64,000 nt of DNA from Alphaproteobacteria bacterium. Its GTDB lineage: Bacteria; Pseudomonadota; Alphaproteobacteria; SP197. Both the position numbers and the translations under genes were made by a program. Positions 31,570-41,735 of the stretch are shown here, one piece after another. How positions within the stretch are numbered: the first letter of the stretch is position 1; every line of letters starts with the position of its first letter. The notes under the pieces were generated by a model that saw nothing but the letters and a program-made list of their open reading frames with translations, was not told the DNA's origin and did no database searches. The stretch spans positions 96,001-160,000 of the forward strand of contig OZ219746.1 of assembly GCA_964291265.2 (NCBI GenBank). Reading direction: 5' to 3'.

Positions 31570-31899
31570 TCAGTCATGAAGCTGCGCACCGGCAGCCCGT
31601 CGGGGGTGAGCCTGGTGTTGGCCCTGACCTTCGCACTCTTCGAGACCGTGGCCCACCTTTCCACCGACGAGTTCCACCGCGCCCGAGCACCTTCGCGGTC
31701 GTCGTCCTCGGACAGCATCGGCGCGAGGCGCTGAGCGCATGTGCCATTCGCCATGCCGGACCAGCATGCACAGGACCATGTGGGCACGGACGTGATCCGG
31801 CGAACAGACGTAGACCGGACGGATCCGGAGGTGGCTCCTGGCGTTCCGGAACGCGCGCTCCACGCCTGCGAGGCTCTTGGTGAACCTCCACCGCCTCAT
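31570..31899 (-). mobile_element. IS1634-family transposase remnant
   Basis: LAGVERAFR...LRIRPVY...HVRAHMVLCML. Confidence 0.7.
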
Positions 31900-32021
31900 C
31901 GCGGCCGATCGTCTCCGGACCGAGACTGAGCAGGAATGCGCATTGTCTCGATGACAGGCATACTCTGCGTTCGGACATGGAGACCGCCCGCCGGGTGGGG
32001 ACGGTCCAAGACAAGGGAGAT

Positions 32022-33191
32022 ATGAGAATGCGAGTGATGTTGATCGTCGGGGCGCTGACCCTCGCGACAGTGGCCGGCAGCACGGCCGCAGAGGCAGACG
32101 AGGCGTGGATCGATAGCTTCGCGTTCGCCTGCACGACGCCGGAGGGCGAGACCCTGAAGCCGAAGTTTGGAGACATCGACGGGATCTTCTACCCGGACCT
32201 CCCGGCGCAGCGGGAGCAGTGCCTGGAGACGATCCAGCGCAAGATTGTGCACTGTCGCGATAACGTGGACTTCGGATCCAACACGAAGAACGAGACGTAT
32301 GCGCCCTGCCTGCCGATCTTCGCCGAGCAGGCCGAGGCCTGCGTCGGGCACTTCATCTTCGAGCGGAGCAAGTGCGACGTCGGCGGGTACGGCACGGAGG
32401 CGGCGGGTCAGGCGGAGGACGAGGCGGCGCCGGAGGAGTCCCATTCGGTGGCGCCGCTGGATGAGACGATGGAAGTGACGACACGCGCCAACGTGCGTTC
32501 AGGTCCCGGCACTGGCTACGACGTGCTCGACACGCTGGATGCGGGCGTCGGCGTACGGGTGACGGGCGTTGTCGAGGGCGGCAAGTGGATGCGCGTGGAC
32601 TTGCGCGAGGACGGAGGGCCAGCCTTCATCCACGCCTCGCTGCTGAAGGAGGTGGCGGATCAGGCGGAGGACGAGGCGGCGCCGGAGGAGTCCTATTCGG
32701 AGGCGCCGCCAGATGCGACGATGGAGGAGATGGCGCCCGAGGCGCCGAACGCCCCGCCCGAGGTCTTCGGACCGAACTGGATTTTCGCGGAGAACCAGCC
32801 CTGCCAACTCATGTCAACTCACCCCGTCGAGCCTGACGACACCGTGACATGGTGGGGACCTTGCGTGGACGGCAAGGCTTCGGGTCAAGGGCGGTTTGTC
32901 TGGCGCATAGGCGGCAAGGATTACACGTACGAGGGCGGCATGCGCAACGGCAAGGTGCACGGCCACGGGATCATGACCTATTACGACGGCAATCGTTACG
33001 AGGGCGAATGGCGCGACAGCACTTTGCACGGCTGGGGGACCTTTACCTGGCCCACCGGCGAACGTTACGAGGGTGGATGGCGCGCCGGCAATCAGCACGG
33101 CCGGGGGACCTATACCTATGCCGACGGCGACGCCAAGACCTGTGAATGGCGCGATGGCGAGGCCGTCGACGGGACCTGCAAATGGCACTAG
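32022..33191 (+). CDS. Secreted protein: Cys-rich N-domain, SH3b domain, MORN repeats
   Basis: Signal peptide; ANVRSGPGTGY..W (SH3); three YEGxWxxGxxHGxG-type repeats. Confidence 0.85.
   Translation: MRMRVMLIVGALTLATVAGSTAAEADEAWIDSFAFACTTPEGETLKPKFGDIDGIFYPDLPAQREQCLETIQRKIVHCRDNVDFGSNTKNETYAPCLPIFAEQAEACVGHFIFERSKCDVGGYGTEAAGQAEDEAAPEESHSVAPLDETMEVTTRANVRSGPGTGYDVLDTLDAGVGVRVTGVVEGGKWMRVDLREDGGPAFIHASLLKEVADQAEDEAAPEESYSEAPPDATMEEMAPEAPNAPPEVFGPNWIFAENQPCQLMSTHPVEPDDTVTWWGPCVDGKASGQGRFVWRIGGKDYTYEGGMRNGKVHGHGIMTYYDGNRYEGEWRDSTLHGWGTFTWPTGERYEGGWRAGNQHGRGTYTYADGDAKTCEWRDGEAVDGTCKWH
32396..32725 (+). repeat. ~78-bp imperfect direct repeat, 252 bp apart, flanking the SH3 domain
   Basis: CAGGCGGAGGACGAGGCGGCGCCGGAGGAGTCC occurs at 32409 and 32661. 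Confidence 0.85.
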
Positions 33192-34437
33192 CCGCTGAAT
33201 GGCCGGGCTGCTGTTTGCCGAGCGACACGCCGCGCTTCCCGCTCGACATGTGACCTCTGCTGCAGGCTGCTCGGGCGGACGAGACAACGGCGGCTTCCTG
33301 CCGCTTGCCGCCTGCAAGGAGGCCTGGGATGGCCGCCGACATTGAAGATGGCGGCGGCATGGGCGCAGGGTTCGCGGAAGAGGATGGCATCATCCTGGTG
33401 GAGGCCGGTCGATCCCTCCCGCGAAGACACCGGCGTGTTCGTCGGCGAATGCGTTCAGCCGGACAGTACGCGCTGCACGTCCGTCGGCGCCGTCCTGGTC
33501 CGCTGTGTCCCCGACCCGCACGCGACCATGGCTGGAGCTCGTGGCGAGCCGGCAGCCGTCACCTCGACAGCCTCCACTGGGAGGAGAAGCCTGGCCCCGC
33601 AGGGACTTCGCCGCCTTCCGCGACCATGTCGTCCGCCTCGTCGAGGTCAAGCCCTCGAGGCTGGAACAACTCGAGGGGTACCACGCCAACGCCATGACTC
33701 ATCCAGGACACGCGGCAGGAGCAGGTCGACTCCGACTCGCAGGAGCATGCCGATCTGGCATACATGATTGCCGGTGTCACGGATATCGCCGCAGAGCTGC
33801 AGGAGGACATCAAGGCTCCGAAGGCCGCGCAGCCGGACGTGGCCACCGCCGCACGGTGACAGTCCGCCATTTGCCGGACCCAGCGCTCAAGTGGGATGAG
33901 CGGGGTCACCGCGGGGAGGATCGGTGCCTGGACGCGAAGCGCCTCTCCGCGGATTTTCATGGCGCTCTCACGCGCACAGAACGGGTAATGGCACGGCCTG
34001 CTGGCACTTCAGGCCGCTACAGGCGGCGGGGGACTATGGAACATCCGGCGGAAGCAGGCTCTCCCGCCCGGTCGCAAGCGAGGTGTCATGGCACTGACCG
34101 AGCGAGGGATGGTCCTGTCTCCCTGACACATAACGCTTGACGTTGCCTTGACCCAGGACATCCCGATTCGGCCTCCGTTCTTCAGCCTCCCGAAAGATCA
34201 TCCGCAGCGTGGGAAAGGCCTGCGACAAGAGCACTGCTGGCGCTGGTCGACGAACCCGACCGGACCGGCACCGTCCCTCCGGAAACAGGCCTCCGCCTCG
34301 TCTGCGACATCGACGGCGCAACACTCCACAATCGTCTCAGCCGACATCAGGACGTCTGAAACTCCGCTTTCAGGGACTGCCTCGATTCACCACATGGTGT
34401 AATGTGGGGAAGAGTGTGTGTCCGGAATCGCAGTGCC

Positions 34438-34629
34438 ATGAACGGACGCGAGGCAGACAGGCAAGGAACGAAACCCCAGGGGCGGCGCCCGTGTGTACCT
34501 CGATCAGTTTTCAACCGGATATCCACGAGGCTGTGGAACAGATCGCCAGGCAGAAGAAGGTGTGCATGGCCAGGGGTTGTGCGGAGCGCGGTCCGGCGAT
34601 ACGTCGCCGAACAATCGGAGCGGGAATGA
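34438..34629 (+). pseudogene. Frameshifted CopG/ribbon-helix-helix regulator remnant
   Basis: TSISFQPDIHEAVEQIARQKKV in one frame and VVRSAVRRYVAEQ in another. Confidence 0.5.
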
Positions 34630-34663
34630 GGTTCGACACGACAGGACTGACGGAGAACCGCAG

Positions 34664-37345
34664 ATGACCGCGGAAGCGACCTCGGATCGCATGCAGGCCG
34701 CATTGAACCTTCCGAACGGTGCACGGTTCTACCGCTGCGCCCTGCAGGTCAATCCGTTCGCCTATCTCAGGACGCACGGGAAGGCGACCGCCTTCATGGT
34801 GGAAGACGACTACAACAGGGCGATCATCGAAGCCTGCCTTGAAATCGGCATCGAGGTCATCGCCGTCACGGATCACTACCGCGTCGATCTTTCGGCAAAC
34901 CTCGTGTGCTCGGCGCGCCATGCCGGCCTCCACGTGTTCAGCGGTTTCGAAGCCGTGACCAAGGACGGCGTTCATTTCCTGTGCCTGTTCGATCCGGACA
35001 AGGACGGATTCCTGGAACGCTTCATCGGCGAGTGCGGCATTCACGACGCCGATCAGCCGTCACCGACGGGCAGCAAGGACTCCATCGAACTTCTGGAATG
35101 TGCGAAGACCTGGGGCGCCGCGTGCATCGCCGCCCATGCAGCCTCCCAGGGCGGATTGCTGAAGAAGCTCTCGGGGCAATCGAGAGTCAACGTCTGGCGC
35201 CATCCCGACCTGCTTGCCTGCGCGCTGCCAGGTCCGGTCAGCGACGCGCCGGACGGGATCAGGTCGATCCTCGAAAACAGGGATGCCCAGCATACGCGTG
35301 ACCGTTTGCCTGCGATTCTGAACGCTTCGGACGTCAGCGGTCCCGAGGACCTGAAGAGGGACAGCGCTTCCTGCTTCATCAAGATGTCCACCGTCTCTGT
35401 CGAGGCGCTCCGGCAGGCGTTTCTTGACCCGCACTCCCGGATCCGTCTGCACAGCGATGCGGCGCTCGAACCCCATGCCGAGTTTCGCACCATGACCTGG
35501 GAAGGCGGGTTCCTGCACGGCAACGCCGTGCATTTCAATGAAAATCTCAATGTGCTGGTCGGCGGACGAGGCACCGGGAAGTCGACGATCATCGAAAGCA
35601 TACGCTACGTGCTCGGTCTCGATCCTCTCGGCGAGGAGGCGCAGAGGGCCCATGAGGGCGTGGTTCGCCACGTCCTGCAGTCCGGCACGAAGGTCTCGTT
35701 GCGTGTGCGATCGCACAGACCGTCCAGGCGTTGTTACACGATCGAAAGATCGGTGCCCAATCCGCCCGTCGTGAAGGACGAAGCGGGGGAAGTCCTGACG
35801 TTGTCGCCGCGTGACGTGGTGCCGGGCGTGGAAGTTTTCGGCCAGCACGAGATATCCGAACTCACGAGAAGTCCCGAGAAACTGACGCTCCTGCTGGAAC
35901 GTTTCGTTGACCGGGATCCATCCCTGTCGGGACGCAAGTCGCAGGTACGCCTGGAATTGGCGCGCTCGCGCCGCCGGATCGTGGATGTGCGCCGCGAGAT
36001 GAAGCGACTTGGCGAGCGCCTGGAGGCGCTGCCGGGTCTCGAAGAGACGCAAAGGCAATTCCAGCGGGCCGGGCTCGAGGAACGGCTGAAGGAAAGGAGC
36101 CTGGTCATTCGCGAGGAACGTCTGTTCTCCAACCTGGAGGAGCGGCTCGAGCAGTACCGTACCCTTCACAATGAACTCACCGAAGAAGGGTTGCCTGTCG
36201 ATACGGCATTCGTTTCCTGCAAGGCCCTTGAAGGGTTGCCGAACGCTGACATCCTTTCCGAAATCGAGGGGATTCTTGGCCTGCTGGGCAGGAATCTGAA
36301 GACAGTCGGCGAACAGTTCGGCAACGCACTTGCCGACGCAGATCGTGCGATGGCGGAAACGACATCACGCTGGAACGAACGCAGGACCGCCATCGAGGAA
36401 ACCTACGAGAAGCTCCTGCGCGAACTCCAGAAGTCCAGGATCGATGGCGCGGAATTCATCCGGCTTCGCCGTCAAGTCGAGGACTTGCGCCCGCTGAAGG
36501 ACAAGGCGGAAGGCCTCGAGCGCGATCTGGAAGCGCACGAGGCCCAGCGCCGCAGCCTTCTGGCGGAGTGGGAAGACATCAAGGCAGCCGAATACAGGCA
36601 GGTCGAAACGGCGGCGGGGCGGGTATCGCAGAAGCTCCGTGACAGGGTGCGGGCCAGCGTTGCGATGGCCGGAAACCGGGCCCCGCTCGAACTGCTTCTG
36701 CGAGAGGTGGGGGGCAATCTTGCCGCCGCGCTCGATCGCCTGCGCGAACGGGACCAGCTGTCCCTGCCGGAATTCGCGCAGCGGTGCCGGGAAGGCAGGG
36801 AAGCGCTCATGAAGCACTACAACCTGCCGTCGGGAGCGGCCGAGCGGATCGCGCAAGCCGATGCGGACCTCTTCATGCGTATCGAGGAGCTGGAACTACC
36901 TGCGACAACAAAGATCGAGTTGAACACCGCTCCCTGCGGGGAACCGGCCCATTGGCAGACGCTGCAAGAGCTATCGACCGGACAGAAGGCAACCGCTGTC
37001 CTGCTCCTTGTGCTTCTTGAATCGGATGCGCCGCTTGTCGTCGATCAACCCGAAGACGATCTCGACAATCGCTTCATCACGGAGGGTGTAGTGCCGATCA
37101 TGCGCCAGGAAAAGCGCCGCCGCCAGTTCGTCTTCTCGACGCACAACGCCAACATCCCGGTTCTGAGCGACGCCGAACTCATCCTCGGCCTCGTTGCGAC
37201 GGGCGAGGCCGAGGGCGGCCAGGCACGGGTTGCGACGGAGCGCATGGGCTCCATCGAGTCGCAACCTGTACGGGAACTGGTCGAGGAAATCCTCGAAGGC
37301 GGCAGAGCCGCGTTCGAGATGCGTCGATCCAAGTACGGGTTCTGA
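34664..37345 (+). CDS. PHP-domain + coiled-coil ABC/SMC-type ATPase (TrlF/Ppl-like)
   Basis: AVTDH, H-F-LCLF, AAH (PHP); GGRGTGKS, LSTGQ, VVDQPED, STHN (ABC ATPase). Confidence 0.85.
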   Translation: MTAEATSDRMQAALNLPNGARFYRCALQVNPFAYLRTHGKATAFMVEDDYNRAIIEACLEIGIEVIAVTDHYRVDLSANLVCSARHAGLHVFSGFEAVTKDGVHFLCLFDPDKDGFLERFIGECGIHDADQPSPTGSKDSIELLECAKTWGAACIAAHAASQGGLLKKLSGQSRVNVWRHPDLLACALPGPVSDAPDGIRSILENRDAQHTRDRLPAILNASDVSGPEDLKRDSASCFIKMSTVSVEALRQAFLDPHSRIRLHSDAALEPHAEFRTMTWEGGFLHGNAVHFNENLNVLVGGRGTGKSTIIESIRYVLGLDPLGEEAQRAHEGVVRHVLQSGTKVSLRVRSHRPSRRCYTIERSVPNPPVVKDEAGEVLTLSPRDVVPGVEVFGQHEISELTRSPEKLTLLLERFVDRDPSLSGRKSQVRLELARSRRRIVDVRREMKRLGERLEALPGLEETQRQFQRAGLEERLKERSLVIREERLFSNLEERLEQYRTLHNELTEEGLPVDTAFVSCKALEGLPNADILSEIEGILGLLGRNLKTVGEQFGNALADADRAMAETTSRWNERRTAIEETYEKLLRELQKSRIDGAEFIRLRRQVEDLRPLKDKAEGLERDLEAHEAQRRSLLAEWEDIKAAEYRQVETAAGRVSQKLRDRVRASVAMAGNRAPLELLLREVGGNLAAALDRLRERDQLSLPEFAQRCREGREALMKHYNLPSGAAERIAQADADLFMRIEELELPATTKIELNTAPCGEPAHWQTLQELSTGQKATAVLLLVLLESDAPLVVDQPEDDLDNRFITEGVVPIMRQEKRRRQFVFSTHNANIPVLSDAELILGLVATGEAEGGQARVATERMGSIESQPVRELVEEILEGGRAAFEMRRSKYGF

Positions 37346-37348
37346 GGC

Positions 37349-38569
37349 ATGACGACGCGTACCGACCTGCTGGAAATCATGGCGAACGGCGAGAACTCGG
37401 GAGTTGAATTCAAGAGAGATGATGTGCAGAACCACGCACTCGCCAGGGAACTTGTCGCATTCGCCAATCTTGAAGGCGGGATGGTGCTGCTCGGAATCGC
37501 GGACGACGGTACTGTTTCAGGACTGACGCGGGATAAACTGGAAGAATGGGTCATGACGGCGTGCCGGGACAAGATCAGGCCCGGAATCATTCCCTTCTTC
37601 GAGATCATCAAGGACGTTGAACCGGGCAAGGATGTGGCGGTTGTTCGCGTGCCGCGCGGAGCCGATGTTCACAGCCACTGGCACAACAACAGAAACACCT
37701 ATTACATCCGGGTCGGCACACAGAGCCGCGAGTCCTCTCCCCAGGAACTGAGCCGTCTCTTCCAGCAACGGGGAATGTTCAGGGCTGAACTGCGGCCGGT
37801 TTCCGGAGCGACGGTCAGTGATCTCGATCGCCGCCGCCTCAAGGATTATTTCGGGCGTGTCCGCCAGCAGGAAGTTCCGGAGGATCGTGACGATGCAGGG
37901 TGGCAGACACTTCTCGTCAACACGGAGATCATGGTGGAAGACGGTGTATCCCTTTCGGGGATGCTGCTGTTCGGAAGGACGCCGAACAGGTTCCTGCCGC
38001 AGGCGGGGATTGATGCGGCAGCCTTTCCGGGGACGGAAAAGGACTATGCGGCAAGGGAGCGCACCACCCTGCGCGGGCCGATGACGCCGCTCATGGACCG
38101 GAACGGAGATATCGTCGAAGCCGGGCTGGTCGAACAGGCGCTTGACTTCGTCAGGCGCAACACTCCCGTGACCACTGTGCTCGAGGACGGTGCACGGCGG
38201 GTGGACAGGCCCGCATACCCTGTCGAAGTGATCCGGGAGGCTGTGGTCAATGCCCTGATCCACCGCGATTACCTTTTCGCCAACACTGATGTCGAACTGG
38301 TCATTTACGAAGATCGACTGGAAGTCGTCTCACCGGGCAGACTGCCAAATGGCATAACGCCCGAAAGGATGCGGGCGGGAACGAGAGCTGCCCGAAACCA
38401 GCTTCTGAAGGATGTCATGAAAGACTACGGCTATCTTGAACACATGGGGATGGGCGTTCCGCGGAAAATCATCCGCGGGATGAAGGAACACAACCAGACT
38501 GACCCTGATCTGATGGAGGACAATGAACGATTTCTTGTGCGCCTGTTCGTGCAGGCGCCGGGCGCATGA
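37349..38569 (+). CDS. Schlafen/AlbA_2 domain + HATPase_c_4 protein
   Basis: GENSGVEFK, ELVAFAN..GG...GIADDG, REAVVNALIHRDY, SPG, RN..L...E..G.G. Confidence 0.85.
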   Translation: MTTRTDLLEIMANGENSGVEFKRDDVQNHALARELVAFANLEGGMVLLGIADDGTVSGLTRDKLEEWVMTACRDKIRPGIIPFFEIIKDVEPGKDVAVVRVPRGADVHSHWHNNRNTYYIRVGTQSRESSPQELSRLFQQRGMFRAELRPVSGATVSDLDRRRLKDYFGRVRQQEVPEDRDDAGWQTLLVNTEIMVEDGVSLSGMLLFGRTPNRFLPQAGIDAAAFPGTEKDYAARERTTLRGPMTPLMDRNGDIVEAGLVEQALDFVRRNTPVTTVLEDGARRVDRPAYPVEVIREAVVNALIHRDYLFANTDVELVIYEDRLEVVSPGRLPNGITPERMRAGTRAARNQLLKDVMKDYGYLEHMGMGVPRKIIRGMKEHNQTDPDLMEDNERFLVRLFVQAPGA

Positions 38570-38745
38570 TGGATCGGTGCGGCGAGGGCGGGGATCCGAA
38601 CCATGATGGCAGGGTAACGCGGGCGATTGTCGCAGGCTGGCCCTGAGTACCTGCGGTCCCCCGCTCCCGGTCGCCACGCGCCATCGGGGACTGTCACATC
38701 GGGTTCATGGCCGCAACACAGGGGTGCGCCTTGCCTCCTGACAGG

Positions 38746-40062
38746 TCAGGAGGCAAGGCGGGGAAGCCAGAGCACGAGATCGGGAATGGCGAAGAGGAGA
38801 CCGATGCGCACCAGTTCGATGGCGATGAAGGGAATGAGTCCGCGAAACGTGTCGCCGAGCGCCACGTTTCGTGCCAGGCCGTGAACGACGTAGACGTTCA
38901 TGCCGACAGGGGGTGTGATCAGGCCGAGTTCGATGACCACGAGGGCGAGAATGCCGAACCAGATGGCGGTGTCGTCGGCCGTCATCCCGAGGTCGAGCGC
39001 CAGCAGGATGGGAAGGAACACGGGCATGGTCAGCAGGATGACGGAGAGCGAGTCCATGAAGCAGCCGGCGGCGAGATAGAAGAGCAGCATCAGGAAGACC
39101 ACCAGCCAGGGACCGGCGCCGGCGCTCGTCAGCCAGGCCCCCAGTTCCTGGGGCAACCGGGTGAAGGCCAGGCCGGCGCTGAAGAGATCGGCGCCCAGGA
39201 GAATGAGAAAGACCATGGCCGAGGTCTGCGCCGTGGCCAGCAGCGCAGTCCTGAGACCCTGCCACCGCATGCCGCGCGCCAGGGCCAGGGACAACGTCGC
39301 GCCAGCCCCCACGGACGCACCCTCGACGGGTGTGAACCAGCCGATGTAGATGCCGCCGATCACCACCAGGAAGACACCGACGACGACCCACACGCTGGCC
39401 AGGGCCCGCCGCCTGTCATGGCGGCCGGCACGGGCCTCGAGGGGTGCGATCGAAGGCCTGAGCCAGACCGACACCCGGATGGCGACGGCGAATCCCGACA
39501 CGGCGAGCAGACCCGGGAGGAGTGCTGCCAGGAACATGTCGCCGATCAGCTGCTCGCTGAGGATGGCGTAGATCACCAGCACGAAACTCGGCGGAATGAG
39601 GATGCCGAGGGTGCCGCCGGCCGCCAGTGTCGCGGTGGCGAAGGAGCCGGCGTAACCGGCGCGCCGCATTTCCGGCCAGGCTGCCTGGCCCATGGTGGCG
39701 GCCGTGGCAAGTGAGGAACCGCAGATGGCGCCAAATCCCGCCGCGCCGGTGATGGAGGCGAGAGCGAGGCCGCCGCGCCGGTGGCCCATCCAGGCCCGCG
39801 CCGCCGTGAAGAGGGCCCGGTTCATGCCCGACTGCGTGGCGAACTGGCCCATGAGGAGAAAGAGCGGGATCACGGCAAGGCTGTGGGTGGAGGCGAGAAA
39901 GAAGGGCGTCGTCTGCAGGTGAAAGAGCAGGGGATCGACACCGCGCACGACGGCATAGGCCGTGCCGCCGGTGACCAGCATGGCAAGTCCCACGGGGACT
40001 CTGAGAACGATCAGTCCGATGAGACCGGCGAGCATGACGAGGCCGGTCTCGACACCGCTCAC
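38746..40062 (-). CDS. TRAP transporter large permease (DctM)
   Basis: FGAICGSSLATAATM, GGTLGILIPPS, LGLITPPVGMN. Confidence 0.92.
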   Translation of the reverse strand: MSGVETGLVMLAGLIGLIVLRVPVGLAMLVTGGTAYAVVRGVDPLLFHLQTTPFFLASTHSLAVIPLFLLMGQFATQSGMNRALFTAARAWMGHRRGGLALASITGAAGFGAICGSSLATAATMGQAAWPEMRRAGYAGSFATATLAAGGTLGILIPPSFVLVIYAILSEQLIGDMFLAALLPGLLAVSGFAVAIRVSVWLRPSIAPLEARAGRHDRRRALASVWVVVGVFLVVIGGIYIGWFTPVEGASVGAGATLSLALARGMRWQGLRTALLATAQTSAMVFLILLGADLFSAGLAFTRLPQELGAWLTSAGAGPWLVVFLMLLFYLAAGCFMDSLSVILLTMPVFLPILLALDLGMTADDTAIWFGILALVVIELGLITPPVGMNVYVVHGLARNVALGDTFRGLIPFIAIELVRIGLLFAIPDLVLWLPRLAS

Positions 40063-40589
40063 GGGTGGCCTCGCCCGTCGTCCGGCATGGCCGGTGCCGG
40101 GTCCGGGTCCGGCGTGTGGTCTGTCAGCCGTTGAGGCCGCCAGGCGCCGGCCAGACTGACGGCGGCGAGCAGCGCCAGGGAGAAGACGATCGCCGGAAAC
40201 AGCCACCACAGGGCGAGTCCGAGAATCATGGTCGATTCCCGCCACGCCCTGAGGTCCTCGCCTCCCAGGTACATGCGCCAGGCGAGGAGCAGTGCCACCA
40301 CCGCCAGAAGGCACGATGCCCCGGCATCGAGCCCGTCGACAACACGCGGCGCCAACCAGCGCCGAGCCAAGGCCACGGTGACATGACCACGCTGCACCTG
40401 GCACCAGGGGAGGCCGGCGAAGAAGGCGAGCGCGCTTCCCAGCGCCACCAGTTCCGTGTCGCCGGGGACCGGTCCCCACCCGAGGTTTCTGCCGGCAATG
40501 GAAAGAACCGACACCAGGGCGACGACCGCCAGGGCTGCGGCTCCGACGAGGGCCCAGGCCGCGGCCAGGCGGTGGAGAGGGCGCGTCAA
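40059..40589 (-). CDS. TRAP transporter small permease (DctQ); start approximate
   Basis: Four hydrophobic segments, GHVTV, located between dctP and dctM. Confidence 0.85.
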   Translation of the reverse strand: MTRPLHRLAAAWALVGAAALAVVALVSVLSIAGRNLGWGPVPGDTELVALGSALAFFAGLPWCQVQRGHVTVALARRWLAPRVVDGLDAGASCLLAVVALLLAWRMYLGGEDLRAWRESTMILGLALWWLFPAIVFSLALLAAVSLAGAWRPQRLTDHTPDPDPAPAMPDDGRGHP

Positions 40590-40602
40590 GGGGAGGCCAG
40601 GG

Positions 40603-41619
40603 TCATTCCCGATAGTGATCGACGAGAGCTCTTGCCTCGTCAAGGAGCGTCTGGCCGTCAAGTCCCGCCTCGTCCATGGCCGCGATCCAGGCATCGATCA
40701 CCGGTTGCGTGGCCTGGCGCCAGCGATCCTCTTCGGCGTCATCGAGAACGATGATGTTGCCTCCGCCATCGGCCACGATCCCGCGCGCCTCGATCTCGTT
40801 CGCATCCCAGATGGCGCCCGCCTCGCGGGCCGCTTCCAGTCCCGAATTGTCATCGATCACCTGCCTCAGGTCATCCGGAAGGCCGTCGTAGATGTCCTGG
40901 TTCATCGCCAGGAGGAACACCGCGGTATAGAGTCCGCTTTCGGTGTGATGGCGGGTGAGTTCCGGCAGACGCAGGGCGAGAGTGACTTCGTATGGAACGA
41001 GGGCGCCCTCGACAACGCCCCGGGAGACGGCCTCCGGCACCTCCGGCACGGGCATGCCCACCGGAACCGCTCCCAGAGCTCCCAGAGCCGCGTTGATCTG
41101 GCGGGTCGGAGCGCGAAGCTTCAGTCCGGCGAGGTCCTCGATCGCCGTGACCGGAGTCGAACGCGTGTGGATGACGCCAGGCGCGTGGACATGAAGGATG
41201 AGGGGCTTCACACCCCTGAACTCCTCGACGAGGTGGTCGTCGTGGAAATCCATGACCGCCTGGCTCGTCGCTTCGGCGGAGCCGGTGACGAAGGGCAGTT
41301 CGAACACCTCGGCAATCGGAAAGCGGCCGGCGGTGTAGCCGGGCAGGGTCCAGATGATGTCGGCAATGCCCGTGCGCGCCTGATCGAAGAGTTGGGGCGG
41401 TTTCCCGCCCAGCGTCATCGAGGGGTAGATCTCGATGGCGATTCGCCCCCCCGACTGGTCCTCCACCCTCTTCGCCCAGGGTGCGAGAAACGTCTTGTGG
41501 GTGTTGGACTGGGGCGACAGGAAATGGTGCAGGGTGAGCGTGACATCCTGTGCCGGGGAGGGCTGCGCCCCGGCAGCGAGGAGGATGAGGCTGGCGAGGA
41601 GCGCCGGTCGCATGTCCAT
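40603..41619 (-). CDS. TRAP substrate-binding protein (DctP)
   Basis: Signal peptide, YPSMTLGG, FELPF, DLAGLKLR. Confidence 0.92.
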   Translation of the reverse strand: MDMRPALLASLILLAAGAQPSPAQDVTLTLHHFLSPQSNTHKTFLAPWAKRVEDQSGGRIAIEIYPSMTLGGKPPQLFDQARTGIADIIWTLPGYTAGRFPIAEVFELPFVTGSAEATSQAVMDFHDDHLVEEFRGVKPLILHVHAPGVIHTRSTPVTAIEDLAGLKLRAPTRQINAALGALGAVPVGMPVPEVPEAVSRGVVEGALVPYEVTLALRLPELTRHHTESGLYTAVFLLAMNQDIYDGLPDDLRQVIDDNSGLEAAREAGAIWDANEIEARGIVADGGGNIIVLDDAEEDRWRQATQPVIDAWIAAMDEAGLDGQTLLDEARALVDHYRE

Positions 41620-41735
41620 GGCGGATCTCCTGTCTCGAGCGGACCAATAGTGTGGAAAGGCGTCCGGTGCAACGCCGGATTTCTCCGGCAGCGGCGTGGA
41701 CGATGTGCCGGGGACCGGCTAGCTTGCGCGCCATC

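Noticed and set aside
33200-34400. Overlapping short ORFs between the MORN gene and the ATPase
   Set aside because: No consistent frame or recognisable motif; probably degraded DNA, left unannotated.
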